Sequence record: LC788708.1
DNA: 64,000 nt
Direction: 5' to 3' (one strand)
DNA from: Escherichia coli phage AZ21
Part shown: one piece after another, positions 17,545 to 26,649 of the stretch
Position numbering within the stretch: the first letter of the stretch is position 1
Layout of the letters: each line of letters opens with the position of its first letter
Program-made: the position numbers and the translations under genes
Notes under the pieces: model-generated
What the model was told of the DNA's origin: nothing
Databases searched by the model: none
The model's input: the letters and a program-made list of their open reading frames with translations, nothing else

Positions 17545-17575
17545 GCCAGGGTTTAACGACCCTGGCTTTTCTTTT
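17545..17575 (+). terminator. rho-independent terminator
   Basis: AGCCAGGGT-loop-ACCCTGGCT followed by TTTTCTTTT. Confidence 0.75.
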
Positions 17576-17637
17576 ATCTAAAATTCTTCTTGACAACGAC
17601 AAAATTTTGTGCTCCAAAGAAAATCTTTAAAAACACA

Positions 17638-17666
17638 TTGTAATTTTCCTCCAAAATTAGTATAAT
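17638..17666 (+). promoter_or_regulatory. promoter for holin-endolysin operon
   Basis: TTGTAA-17-TATAAT followed by GAGGAGG RBS. Confidence 0.5.
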
Positions 17667-17690
17667 GGTACTGGTTAGAGGAGGTTACAA

Positions 17691-18347
17691 TTGGAAAAGT
17701 TCTTACAATTATTAACGGTACTGCTCCAAGAAGCGAAAGATCCAGCATCGCTTCTTAAACGTCTGCTAACTATCTTAGTTGCTGTCATTATTTTCTTATT
17801 TGTTAGTAATACTAGCGAGGTGATGTCATTCTTAAAGACTTTCTCCACGTCTGCGGTTCTACAGGATGTTCAAACTCAAAGGATAGATAACTTTCCTAAT
17901 GTAGCTAGAGAAAAGAGCATGGTACTCTTTTCTCAAACGGGTGCGGATGCTGTTTTTGTAGTCAAGTATAAACCCGATGCCATTAATGATTATTCTAACA
18001 TTATTGCATGGGAAAGCAATGCGCAATTAGATAGGGCTGACTTGGCCGATAAAGCAGTAAATAAAACGTCTGAGCTATACAGACGTCACTTAGAGGGCTT
18101 TAACTACGCATCGGATTTAAGTGTAAGAGTAAATAAATATACGGGGTTAAATATACCTGCGTTTAAGAACGTTACTTTTAATTACATATACACTTGTCCA
18201 TATTTCAATCTAAACAATATCTATGCTGGATATATTGGTATTGCTTGGAAAGATAATCCTGTAGATGCAGCCGATTCTGAGAGATTTAAGGAATATTTAA
18301 CAAAGCTCTGTTCTCCACAACAGAGATCTTTAGGTAGATCAATATGA
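17691..18347 (+). CDS. putative holin
   Basis: 218 aa, single N-terminal TM helix, immediately upstream of and overlapping endolysin; TTG start behind GAGGAGG RBS. Confidence 0.55.
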   Translation: MEKFLQLLTVLLQEAKDPASLLKRLLTILVAVIIFLFVSNTSEVMSFLKTFSTSAVLQDVQTQRIDNFPNVAREKSMVLFSQTGADAVFVVKYKPDAINDYSNIIAWESNAQLDRADLADKAVNKTSELYRRHLEGFNYASDLSVRVNKYTGLNIPAFKNVTFNYIYTCPYFNLNNIYAGYIGIAWKDNPVDAADSERFKEYLTKLCSPQQRSLGRSI

Positions 18348-18757
18348 GTTTTAAATTTGGTAAAAATAGCGAAAAACAATTAGCTACCGTTAAGCCAGAG
18401 CTACAAAAAGTAGCTCGTAGAGCGTTAGAATTATCCCCATATGATTTCACAATCGTACAGGGTATTCGTACAGTAGCACAAAGTGCCCAGAATATTGCTA
18501 ATGGTACTTCATTTTTAAAAGATCCTAGTAAAAGCAAGCATATTACTGGGGATGCGCTTGATTTTGCTCCATATATTAATGGCAAAATTGATTGGAATGA
18601 CTTAGAAGCATTTTGGGCGGTTAAAAAGGCTTTTGAACAAGCGGGTAAAGAACTAGGTATTAAACTTCGTTTTGGTGCTGATTGGAATAATTCTGGAGAC
18701 TATCACGATGAAATAAAACGTGGTACCTATGATGGCGGTCATGTCGAACTAGTTTAA
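18344..18757 (+). CDS. lys: endolysin, L-alanoyl-D-glutamate peptidase (T5 type)
   Basis: 137 aa; peptidase M15-like HITGDALDF...DGGHVE zinc-site pattern; length equals T5 endolysin; followed by terminator. Confidence 0.85.
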   Translation: MSFKFGKNSEKQLATVKPELQKVARRALELSPYDFTIVQGIRTVAQSAQNIANGTSFLKDPSKSKHITGDALDFAPYINGKIDWNDLEAFWAVKKAFEQAGKELGIKLRFGADWNNSGDYHDEIKRGTYDGGHVELV

Positions 18758-18768
18758 TTAATAATTGA

Positions 18769-18791
18769 GGCGGGAATATTCCCGCCTTTTT
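18769..18791 (+). terminator. rho-independent terminator
   Basis: GGCGGGA-ATATT-CCCGCC followed by TTTTT, after endolysin. Confidence 0.75.
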
Positions 18792-18834
18792 AGGCAAAGG
18801 GGGCTTTAATAATTTTTGAAGATAGGAGAAAGCC

Positions 18835-19251
18835 ATGTTTGCAGAACTATTCACTATGATGCTGCTAAGTATCTGGAAAATAAGTCTAGTAGTATTCGTT
18901 TTAATGATAGTCTTTACTATCCTTGCATTAACTACCCGAAATAGCTTATTAATAAAGGTTATTCACGGACTAGAGTATATAATTATGGGTTCATTCGGCG
19001 TTTGTAAATGCAATTGCCATAGAGATACGAAATATTGTTGGTTATGGATGGAACTAGAGAATCCTATATCCATAGCTTTGGCTGTTTCATTCGGCATGAT
19101 TCTTATGGCCCTTACTCTAGCATTAATACCTTTGATGTTAGCTGGGGGAGTTACAGCGTATTTCACCCTTTTCTCCCCGATACTTATGTACTCAATTTAC
19201 CCGATAACTATGTATCTAGTTAGGAAAAGATTTATCCATGCAGTAGATTAA
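18835..19251 (+). CDS. polytopic membrane protein
   Basis: 138 aa with about 4 hydrophobic helices; RBS AGGAGAAAGCCATG. Confidence 0.45.
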   Translation: MFAELFTMMLLSIWKISLVVFVLMIVFTILALTTRNSLLIKVIHGLEYIIMGSFGVCKCNCHRDTKYCWLWMELENPISIALAVSFGMILMALTLALIPLMLAGGVTAYFTLFSPILMYSIYPITMYLVRKRFIHAVD

Positions 19252-19264
19252 GATAAAAAAGTAG

Positions 19265-19293
19265 TTGACTTTTAGCCCTACTTATTATATAAT
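19265..19293 (+). promoter_or_regulatory. T5-type early sigma70 promoter
   Basis: TTGACT-17-TATAAT. Confidence 0.6.
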
Positions 19294-19328
19294 ATATACA
19301 TAAATTAGTTAAGAGAGGTATATATATT

Positions 19329-19757
19329 ATGTCTGATCGTTTCTATACTCAAATGGCGGAACATTTTCGTATACCACATTACGAGCTAAACATTGCACTC
19401 CGTGATCATGACTCTCCTGAGTACAAAAAGCTCGAAAAGAAAGCGGAAAAATCTATTGATACAAAGGTAGGTGCATCTATGTCTAAGGGCAAAAAGTTAA
19501 CTCGTCTTGATCTTAATAAAATTTTAACTGAACTTTTGGGTACTGATATTGAAGGTGCTAAATTACCGCTTCTTGTACTAGAGACTATGATTAAAAAGGT
19601 CAAAAATAAAGAATATAAGAAGGTAGAAGTCCCGGAAGGCAGATTAAAAGCTCCTTATCAGGAAGCATTAACCGAGTGTTTGGGTGTAAATCTTGATCTG
19701 AGCACCGCAACCGTAAAAACTATGAAAAACTTCTTAGAGGCCATTAATAAATTGTGA
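19329..19757 (+). CDS. hypothetical protein
   Basis: 142 aa ORF behind promoter, RBS AGAGAGG. Confidence 0.45.
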   Translation: MSDRFYTQMAEHFRIPHYELNIALRDHDSPEYKKLEKKAEKSIDTKVGASMSKGKKLTRLDLNKILTELLGTDIEGAKLPLLVLETMIKKVKNKEYKKVEVPEGRLKAPYQEALTECLGVNLDLSTATVKTMKNFLEAINKL

Positions 19758-20260
19758 TTACTAGGGAAAGATTATTAGAGGTACTAGAGTATCACGAAGA
19801 TGGTACTCTAACCTGGAAACCTAGACCAGAAGGTACAAGAGGTTGGAATACCAGCCTTAACAATATGCCTGCTGGGTCTATTAATGCTGATGGCTATCTA
19901 ATGCTCTCTATTGATAGAGAACGAATACTTGCGCATAGGGCAATCTTCTTTATGCACAAAGGCTATTTACCTGATATAGTAGATCATGATGATACCAATA
20001 CTCTAGATAATCGTATTGGTAACTTAAGAGAAGCTACAAAAGCTCAAAATGCTTTTAATAGGAAATCGGCTAATAAAAATAACCTATTGGGATTAAAAAA
20101 TATATCTCAAAGAGGGAAGTCTTTTAGAGTAAAAATCTCTAGGGCAGGAATCAATTATATGAAAACGTGCAGTTCTTTGGAAGAAGCAATTGCATGGAGA
20201 GATGAAAAACTAGAAGAACTCCACGGTGAGTTTGCCAGCAAAGGAAATAAAAATGTCTAA
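19754..20260 (+). CDS. HNH homing endonuclease with AP2-like DNA-binding domain
   Basis: 168 aa; LAHRAIFFMHKGYLPDIVDHDDTNTLDNRIGNLREAT HNH core plus LKNISQRGKSFRVKISRAGINYMKTCSSLEEAIAWRDEK AP2-type tail. Confidence 0.7.
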   Translation: MITRERLLEVLEYHEDGTLTWKPRPEGTRGWNTSLNNMPAGSINADGYLMLSIDRERILAHRAIFFMHKGYLPDIVDHDDTNTLDNRIGNLREATKAQNAFNRKSANKNNLLGLKNISQRGKSFRVKISRAGINYMKTCSSLEEAIAWRDEKLEELHGEFASKGNKNV

Positions 20261-20543
20261 ATTAGTCTATCTATTAAAAGGTTCCACCTGTAACCCGTGT
20301 AAACTTTTCGAGCCAGTATTTGATAAAGTAGTCAGTGACTATAATTTGGAAATCCATAAAGAGACTGATAATACAGAATTAATGCAGAAATTTGGTGTGC
20401 GCCAAGTTCCTGTAGTAGTTCTGGCGGATCGCTTACCTAATGGTCGAGTAGAAGCTAATCATATTCTGATTGGACGTCAGCTTCGTAAAGAAACTATGCA
20501 CGAAGCTATTAAAAATTTCCTGGATGATAATCCAGAGGACTAA
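20253..20543 (+). CDS. thioredoxin/glutaredoxin-like protein
   Basis: CNPC redox motif near N-terminus (GSTCNPCK); RBS AAAGGAAATAAAAATG; terminator downstream. Confidence 0.55.
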   Translation: MSKLVYLLKGSTCNPCKLFEPVFDKVVSDYNLEIHKETDNTELMQKFGVRQVPVVVLADRLPNGRVEANHILIGRQLRKETMHEAIKNFLDDNPED

Positions 20544-20549
20544 TAAACA

Positions 20550-20582
20550 AAGCCTGATTTTAGCTGATCAGGCTTTTATTTT
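20550..20582 (+). terminator. rho-independent terminator
   Basis: AAGCCTGAT-loop-ATCAGGCTT followed by TTATTTT. Confidence 0.7.
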
Positions 20583-20584
20583 AC

Positions 20585-20613
20585 TTGCTTTTTGCTAAAA
20601 ATTTTGGTATAAT
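20585..20613 (+). promoter_or_regulatory. T5-type early sigma70 promoter
   Basis: TTGCTT-17-TATAAT. Confidence 0.6.
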
Positions 20614-20640
20614 ACTTATATAAATTGATTGGAGGATTAA

Positions 20641-20886
20641 ATGTTAGCGGAACAAGCAAAACGTTTAGCTAGAATAAATAGAGCTGCACTCCTTAAGAGC
20701 AAGAAGAAAACGTATAAGTATGTTAAAAAGAGAATAGTTTCTTCTGTAGGGATTGGAAGTTCTTTTGTACAGTTTAATCGTGATGAAATTAGTTATGAAG
20801 TTATAAAAGCCCTCTATAAAGAGGGTTATACTCTCCAACTATCTAATGATTATGGCACAACTATTTTAACTGTTATTTGGGAATAA
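20641..20886 (+). CDS. hypothetical basic protein
   Basis: 81 aa ORF behind promoter, RBS GGAGGATTAAATG. Confidence 0.4.
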   Translation: MLAEQAKRLARINRAALLKSKKKTYKYVKKRIVSSVGIGSSFVQFNRDEISYEVIKALYKEGYTLQLSNDYGTTILTVIWE

Positions 20887-20888
20887 TT

Positions 20889-21752
20889 ATGAAAAAAGAA
20901 TTTAATGTACATAAAACTCTAGTAGTGCCTGATGATGCCAACTTGTTTTTCGTTGGTGATATTCATGGATGCAATGATTTGCTAGAAGATGCGTTGAAGT
21001 TAGCTGGGTATAATAGCAAAAAAGATTGCGTAGTATGTGTCGGAGACTTAATAGACCGAGGCACACAAAACCTACAAGTTTTAGCCAAATTCCTGTATAA
21101 TCCACGTTTTATCAGTGTACGTGGTAATCATGACCAATTTATGATTGTAGGAGATTGGGCTAATTGGATGTATAATGGTGGTATGTGGGCTATGAATGAA
21201 CTAGATGCAGACACCATTAAAAATATTGCCGAAGATATGGCTGAAAAAATGCCAGTATTCCTAACTGTTAGACATCGTGGTAAGAAGTTTGGTGTTGTTC
21301 ATGGTGGTGTACCTTTTACGTACAAAGAATGTGGTAATGAAGTAGAAACCCCAGTATGGGATAATCTTATTGCACAAATAGAAGCAGCTAAGGAAAACCC
21401 ACATGACCATCCTGAATACCATATTGAACCATATTTATGGGATCGAGATGTAATCCAAGAAATAGGCTTCTACTTGTCCAAAAATGGTGAGGAACACCCG
21501 TATTTCCAGCGTTATGCAGGATTTAAAGAAAAATACATGGTAGAAGTGCCAGAAGTTAAAGGTGTAGATTTCGTGTTTCACGGACATACTGGAGTTCCTT
21601 ACCCACTTCTTTATAAGAACCGTGTTTATCTTGATACTGGCGGTGTTTTCAACGGGCAGTTGACGGTTGCGCAAGTTAACGATGAAACTGGCAAAATCAC
21701 CACATTTACCACAGATAAAAATAATAGCTGCGGTGTACAGAGGATTCTTTAA
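20889..21752 (+). CDS. Ser/Thr protein phosphatase (calcineurin-like, lambda PPase type)
   Basis: FFVGDIHGC, VCVGDLIDRG, VRGNHD metallophosphatase motifs in canonical order. Confidence 0.8.
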   Translation: MKKEFNVHKTLVVPDDANLFFVGDIHGCNDLLEDALKLAGYNSKKDCVVCVGDLIDRGTQNLQVLAKFLYNPRFISVRGNHDQFMIVGDWANWMYNGGMWAMNELDADTIKNIAEDMAEKMPVFLTVRHRGKKFGVVHGGVPFTYKECGNEVETPVWDNLIAQIEAAKENPHDHPEYHIEPYLWDRDVIQEIGFYLSKNGEEHPYFQRYAGFKEKYMVEVPEVKGVDFVFHGHTGVPYPLLYKNRVYLDTGGVFNGQLTVAQVNDETGKITTFTTDKNNSCGVQRIL

Positions 21753-22273
21753 TGAAAGTTCGCTTTTGGAGTGATCTCCACTTGGGGCATGCAAATATTA
21801 CTAAATTCAGACCAATCTTCTCTACTATGGAAGAGCATGATGAATTTATTATGGATACTATTACATCTATGAAAGATAAGCGTACAGTATTCTATATTTT
21901 AGGAGACGCATTTGTATCTAGAAATGGTTTGGAGAAGTTCGAAAAACTCTTTGGCAATGTTAGAACTACGTTAGTTTTGGGAAACCACGACTTAGAACGA
22001 GAAGGATTATCTTTCAAAGACTTAATAGGGGTTGTAGATAATGTACAATCACTAGTTAAATATAAAAACTTCTGGCTTTCCCATGCTCCAGTGCACCCTG
22101 GGGAGCTGAGGGGTAAAAAGAACCTACATGGACATACTCACTTTGAGTTAATGGGAGACCCTCGTTATATTAACGTTTGTATCGAGTATGCAAAATCTCC
22201 AGTACGCCTGGAAGACATCATGAGTGGTAAGTACACTTCACATGATAAAACTAGCTGGATGTTAAATGTCTGA
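21752..22273 (+). CDS. calcineurin-like metallophosphoesterase
   Basis: 173 aa; WSDLHLGH, ILGDAF, LGNHD motifs; ATGA overlap with upstream phosphatase. Confidence 0.65.
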   Translation: MKVRFWSDLHLGHANITKFRPIFSTMEEHDEFIMDTITSMKDKRTVFYILGDAFVSRNGLEKFEKLFGNVRTTLVLGNHDLEREGLSFKDLIGVVDNVQSLVKYKNFWLSHAPVHPGELRGKKNLHGHTHFELMGDPRYINVCIEYAKSPVRLEDIMSGKYTSHDKTSWMLNV

Positions 22274-22381
22274 GTATATAGCTGAGGGTATTATTAAACG
22301 AATCATACAAGCGATAGCAATACTTATAATCATTTGTATTGCTATTGGTGCGGGATTAGGCATTTTAATTAAAAGTTTTAT

Positions 22382-22410
22382 TTGCTAAAATGCTTAAGTT
22401 TCTGTATAAT
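22382..22410 (+). promoter_or_regulatory. T5-type early sigma70 promoter
   Basis: TTGCTA-17-TATAAT. Confidence 0.65.
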
Positions 22411-22440
22411 TACTTTATAAATTGATGAGAAGGAATCAAA

Positions 22441-22869
22441 ATGAACAAAGTTGATAAAGCTCTAGTTTTCGCAGCAGCAGATAAGTTTGAACAAGTTAAG
22501 GCAACTTTCCGAACCTTGTTCCAGTCTTACGTTCAAGATAAGTCTAATCCTATCTCTGAACGTTTGATGGTCTGGGAATGCTACGCAACTGATGCCCTAT
22601 TAATGGCATATTACAGGGGTGAGGCAGACGAAGAGATCGAAGAACTTTTTACTGAAGATACTCCACGTTATCAGGCAGTTTATTTCCAAGACCTAGCTGA
22701 GCGCATCATTCCTGATGATCTTTGGAATAAATACTACGGTGATCCTGAAGATGAAGGAATGACTCCAGAAGCCTGTATTGAGCTGATCTGCAAAGATCAT
22801 CCTGAAATTGCAGAGAAATTTGAAAAAGTTTTTGCTTCTGAGTTCTCCGGCGTTGTTAACGATTGGTAA
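22441..22869 (+). CDS. hypothetical acidic protein
   Basis: 142 aa behind promoter, RBS GAGAAGGAATCAAAATG. Confidence 0.5.
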   Translation: MNKVDKALVFAAADKFEQVKATFRTLFQSYVQDKSNPISERLMVWECYATDALLMAYYRGEADEEIEELFTEDTPRYQAVYFQDLAERIIPDDLWNKYYGDPEDEGMTPEACIELICKDHPEIAEKFEKVFASEFSGVVNDW

Positions 22870-22886
22870 GTAATTAAAAAATTCAG

Positions 22887-22915
22887 TTGCTTTAAGCCTT
22901 AAAATTCTGTATAAT
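22887..22915 (+). promoter_or_regulatory. T5-type early sigma70 promoter
   Basis: TTGCTT-17-TATAAT, leader TTCATAAATTAATGAGAGAGG. Confidence 0.65.
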
Positions 22916-22947
22916 AAGTTCATAAATTAATGAGAGAGGAAATTCTA

Positions 22948-23226
22948 ATGAAAAACATGACTAAAGACTTCGACGCCTCTAACCTTACCAAGACTGAAAT
23001 GGCCAATGTATTAGCAATTCTCCTCGACATGCAAGGATTTGAGGGGCAACTGATGAAAATGTCTATTCCAGCGATGAAGAAGATGTACGATTCCCTTAAC
23101 AAGAACGCTATGGCCTTTAACTTAGCAAAACAAGAGGCGCGCTTTGCTAAGGAGCATCAAGCAGTGGCAGAACGCCGAGCAGCTAGCTTTGAGCGTGAAG
23201 TTAAGCAACTGAAAGGTAAGAAATAA
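22948..23226 (+). CDS. hypothetical protein
   Basis: 92 aa; promoter and RBS GAGAGAGGAAATTCTAATG. Confidence 0.45.
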   Translation: MKNMTKDFDASNLTKTEMANVLAILLDMQGFEGQLMKMSIPAMKKMYDSLNKNAMAFNLAKQEARFAKEHQAVAERRAASFEREVKQLKGKK

Positions 23227-23248
23227 GGACTAAGGGAGTATATAATTA

Positions 23249-23530
23249 ATGTTAATTGAAATTCTCATTGGATTGCTAGTGCTTATGACACTAGCAGCGA
23301 TTGGTGGGGTTATTGGTATTGTAAGCATACGAAAAAACATGGAGAGTATGCTTATTACTAATAGTGGACTTCACTGCCGCTTAATAGAACAAGAACAAGA
23401 TATTGAACTAGCACAAAGACGCTCGGATATTCTAAAAGAAAAATTAAACAATATTGAAGCAATAGCTGGGAATACAAAACTACCTAATAAAGTAATGCGT
23501 GCTCAGATAATTACGGAGATTAAAAAATGA
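23249..23530 (+). CDS. membrane protein
   Basis: 93 aa, N-terminal TM helix; RBS AAGGGAGTATATAATTAATG. Confidence 0.4.
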   Translation: MLIEILIGLLVLMTLAAIGGVIGIVSIRKNMESMLITNSGLHCRLIEQEQDIELAQRRSDILKEKLNNIEAIAGNTKLPNKVMRAQIITEIKK

Positions 23531-23772
23531 TGATGTTTATTCTAGCGTTTTATCTAATTGTGGTTGGTGTACTGGTTACTAAATATCACACATGGACGCC
23601 AAAGAATGTTGTTAAGGTAGCCTTATTTGTTATTCCAGTTCCACTTATTATCTTTTCTATGTTACTAGTGATGTTAGTTGGTAAAGTAACAAAAACCGAT
23701 ATTAAACGAATTGCGGATGAATTGCAACAGTCTTGTGATATGGTAGAGGATATTCTTAAAGATGAAGCTTAA
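23527..23772 (+). CDS. membrane protein
   Basis: 81 aa with two TM helices; ATGA overlap. Confidence 0.4.
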   Translation: MMMFILAFYLIVVGVLVTKYHTWTPKNVVKVALFVIPVPLIIFSMLLVMLVGKVTKTDIKRIADELQQSCDMVEDILKDEA

Positions 23773-24088
23773 TTTTAATGAATTAAATACCTTACATGAG
23801 ATATTACAGTTTGTGAATAACAATATTAGTATTCCGGACGATACACTAGAAGTTCTCAGGATAATTGAGAAAAAGGTAGGAATTGAAATTGAGGACTCTT
23901 GGAAACCACTTTCTGTATTAACACCACTTAATATGAAAGTGATAGTTAAAAATATCAATACTGGTGAAGAGTGTGAAATGATTCGTAAAGAACTAGCTGA
24001 TAGCTATTCACCAAAGTCTGTAGTAATGTACCATGATGATACTGCTAAGACTCTACAGACAGCTAATTACGTATGGCGTCTCCCATGA
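23762..24088 (+). CDS. hypothetical protein
   Basis: 108 aa ORF in overlapping array. Confidence 0.4.
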   Translation: MKLNFNELNTLHEILQFVNNNISIPDDTLEVLRIIEKKVGIEIEDSWKPLSVLTPLNMKVIVKNINTGEECEMIRKELADSYSPKSVVMYHDDTAKTLQTANYVWRLP

Positions 24089-24187
24089 TTGATTTAGTAC
24101 CAATTACTGCTGGGCTAATAGCACTATTAGTGCTTGCAGTTTTTATTATTGTGGAGCAGGCCAAAGTAATAAGGAGACTTAAAAACA

Positions 24188-24388
24188 ATGATAAAACGTC
24201 TTGTTTATCAGGCACCAAAGATTGTAACTGAGTATTTTGTATTACTGCCTCAGATTGTATTTCTAACAGCATTATTTAATATACTTTTTCGGCATCTAGG
24301 AATAACGGAAAATATCTTCTACACTTCTGAACTACTTCCTTTTATGTACGAAGGCATCATCGTGGCAATTAACGGAGTTCGTAAATGA
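24188..24388 (+). CDS. hypothetical small protein
   Basis: 66 aa ORF, RBS AAGGAGACTTAAAAACAATG. Confidence 0.3.
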   Translation: MIKRLVYQAPKIVTEYFVLLPQIVFLTALFNILFRHLGITENIFYTSELLPFMYEGIIVAINGVRK

Positions 24389-24846
24389 CAGCACTACAAC
24401 AACTACAGAATTACTGGTTTGATAACCAATTTAACGATCTCTTCATCCAGTTGTTTGTCGAAACGAACGGACGCTTCAACTACCGATTCTTTAATAAGTT
24501 TCACGAAACAAAATTCTCGCATACAGAAATTAATGCAGCGATCCAAGACCTAACTGGTTCTAAAGTAATTCAGTATCGTGAAGTAGACTTTACACCAGAT
24601 TGTTTTGGGTTTGAATTGTTTAAGAAAGCATATAAATTTGGTAAGTTTGAGGATGCTCGTCAATGGGTTCATGATTTCTGGTACAACACTGATATTGTTC
24701 CTAGTCGTGTGCTGATTCTTAACTGGATTGCTAAACAACATCCACCTAAAGCTCAATCGTCCTTCTTACCAACTGACACAGGAAACCTTTACCATGACAG
24801 AAAAGAAAAATCCATTGCTGGAGCAGATGAAGGAATGGGAGAGTAA
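24385..24846 (+). CDS. hypothetical protein
   Basis: 153 aa ORF, ATGA overlap with upstream ORF. Confidence 0.45.
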   Translation: MTALQQLQNYWFDNQFNDLFIQLFVETNGRFNYRFFNKFHETKFSHTEINAAIQDLTGSKVIQYREVDFTPDCFGFELFKKAYKFGKFEDARQWVHDFWYNTDIVPSRVLILNWIAKQHPPKAQSSFLPTDTGNLYHDRKEKSIAGADEGMGE

Positions 24847-25165
24847 TATTGAATCTGGTCTGGTAGACGGAGAAGATATTGTTAACTCTATGCTAGAAGT
24901 AACAATAGATAATATAAATCCTATTTTGGCCAGTGAAACCTCAGATCTTATAGGACTTTCTAGTACTTTCGATTCTTTGGCTAAATTAGCCTTAGATGAC
25001 AAAGAGATAACCAAAGAAGATCTCGCCTCAGCTATGAATATGGCTATTAACGCTTACATTGGCAAACGTACCGATGAACTCGACAAACAAATCAAAAAGC
25101 GTGATACAACACTAAATCTTATGGAAACGGCCACTATTTTAAGAAGTGGTAAACAACTTCATTAA
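24794..25165 (+). CDS. hypothetical acidic protein
   Basis: ORF overlapping upstream gene end; start uncertain (24794 or 24827); hairpin terminator downstream. Confidence 0.4.
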   Translation: MTEKKNPLLEQMKEWESNIESGLVDGEDIVNSMLEVTIDNINPILASETSDLIGLSSTFDSLAKLALDDKEITKEDLASAMNMAINAYIGKRTDELDKQIKKRDTTLNLMETATILRSGKQLH

Positions 25166-25171
25166 TTCTAG

Positions 25172-25201
25172 AGGCCGGGACTTGATTGTTCTGGCCTTTT
25201 G
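25172..25201 (+). terminator. hairpin terminator
   Basis: AGGCCGG-loop-CTGGCCT followed by TTTT. Confidence 0.5.
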
Positions 25202-25219
25202 TGTTTCAAGGAATATAAT

Positions 25220-25417
25220 ATGAAAGCACTAGATAATTACTTAAAGGCTAAATATAGTCCTATAGAAGATCAATCTGCTGTAACTTGTGAAATAAGTCGA
25301 AATAATACAGTACGATTAGCTCAAAAAGGCGGAGGAACATCTGCTAATATTATTTGGCTATCCGAAGAACAAGCAAAAGACTTGTACCATAAACTAGACA
25401 AGTTATTTAATAAGTAG
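25220..25417 (+). CDS. hypothetical protein
   Basis: 65 aa, RBS AAGGAATATAATATG. Confidence 0.4.
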   Translation: MKALDNYLKAKYSPIEDQSAVTCEISRNNTVRLAQKGGGTSANIIWLSEEQAKDLYHKLDKLFNK

Positions 25418-25418
25418 T

Positions 25419-25859
25419 ATGAGAGAAAAAGTAAATGAATTACTAATCGAGGAAGCTAACAACTTTCCAATAAATAGGTTTGTCAAATCTGATGGATCTA
25501 TTAATAGAACTAAGATTAAGCAGCTACATCCCGACTTTCAACAAGAAGCACTAAACCTTATATTTATCAAGAAAGCTGTTGCAGTTCATGGGGCTTTCTT
25601 TGGGTATGAGCGTGTAAATTACAAAACAATGCAACAGCAAGTCGAGATCTACTGTCCAGATCATGAAGGGTATTATTGGCAAACTGCTAGATCTCATTTA
25701 GAAGGGCATGGTTGTCGACTGTGTGCACACAAGGTTGTGCAGCGTGTCACGGATTATGGAACTTATACCGTACCAGCATGTTATCATAAATTTGTAGTTG
25801 ACGATAATCATATAGTTTGGTATAATAAGTTTTCAAAGTTAAGAATGGAGATAAAATAA
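25419..25859 (+). CDS. hypothetical protein, possible zinc-binding
   Basis: 146 aa; CPDHEGYYW...HGCRLCAHK Cys/His cluster. Confidence 0.45.
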   Translation: MREKVNELLIEEANNFPINRFVKSDGSINRTKIKQLHPDFQQEALNLIFIKKAVAVHGAFFGYERVNYKTMQQQVEIYCPDHEGYYWQTARSHLEGHGCRLCAHKVVQRVTDYGTYTVPACYHKFVVDDNHIVWYNKFSKLRMEIK

Positions 25860-26044
25860 TGGAAACTCTTTTTCTTTTAATGCTCGTAGGTTCTCTGTTA
25901 CTAATACTAGCACTTCTACTAATCTGCAATATTCTTAACAACAAGAATCTAGAGCTAAAGTGTGAGAACCAAATCCTTAATCGTGAACTTAAACAATATA
26001 ACATCGCAGCCCATAAACTGTTAGACAAACTGGAGAATAAATAA
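25859..26044 (+). CDS. small membrane protein
   Basis: 61 aa; TM helix LMLVGSLLLILALLLI; ATGG overlap. Confidence 0.4.
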   Translation: METLFLLMLVGSLLLILALLLICNILNNKNLELKCENQILNRELKQYNIAAHKLLDKLENK

Positions 26045-26649
26045 TGACTTTTAATACACAACAATCTATTCAAGTAGTGCCAGATCATGAACTGAACACA
26101 TGGGATTATAGCTTTAAAGATTTAACTGCTACTATACAATTTAAATCTATGAAGCTAACATTTGCACACACTGATCTTAGAGCCTGTAAAGATCTTGAGG
26201 ATAAGCTCGAAGATGCTCGTAAGATTTTTGGCAAGGCTCGCATCCCGGCTGATAATCTAATTAACGCATTAATCGATGTAGGATACAAACTCGTGAAGAC
26301 TGAGGTGAACCGCCCTAGTACTCCAGTGACTGTTAGAGATCCGTGGCAGCCAGGGACAATCTCAATGCTAAATAAATCATCGGATATACACAATGTTCCA
26401 TGCGGTGGTGTGGTAAGTAGTACGCAGTCATACAAGTTTGGTGAAGATTACGGCCCTTCTGTGCAGTTGAAACATACTCAAGAAGCTTTTGAATCTGATA
26501 TGCGAAGCGTAGCACCTGTGGATGCTGGAGTTTCTAGGAGTTCTGTTTGTACTATTCATTTTAATAATCCTAGTAAACATGGAAGTTTAGAGGATGCTAT
26601 CCTTGAAGCGTTGGGAGCTGCTATTAATGAAGATAAAAGAGGTAGTTAA
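26044..26649 (+). CDS. hypothetical protein
   Basis: 201 aa ORF in overlapping array. Confidence 0.5.
   Translation: MTFNTQQSIQVVPDHELNTWDYSFKDLTATIQFKSMKLTFAHTDLRACKDLEDKLEDARKIFGKARIPADNLINALIDVGYKLVKTEVNRPSTPVTVRDPWQPGTISMLNKSSDIHNVPCGGVVSSTQSYKFGEDYGPSVQLKHTQEAFESDMRSVAPVDAGVSRSSVCTIHFNNPSKHGSLEDAILEALGAAINEDKRGS

Noticed and set aside
17589-17617. TTGACA consensus -35 hexamer at 17589 as a separate promoter
   Set aside because: No acceptable -10 at 16-18 bp spacing; the promoter at 17638-17666 better explains holin-endolysin expression.
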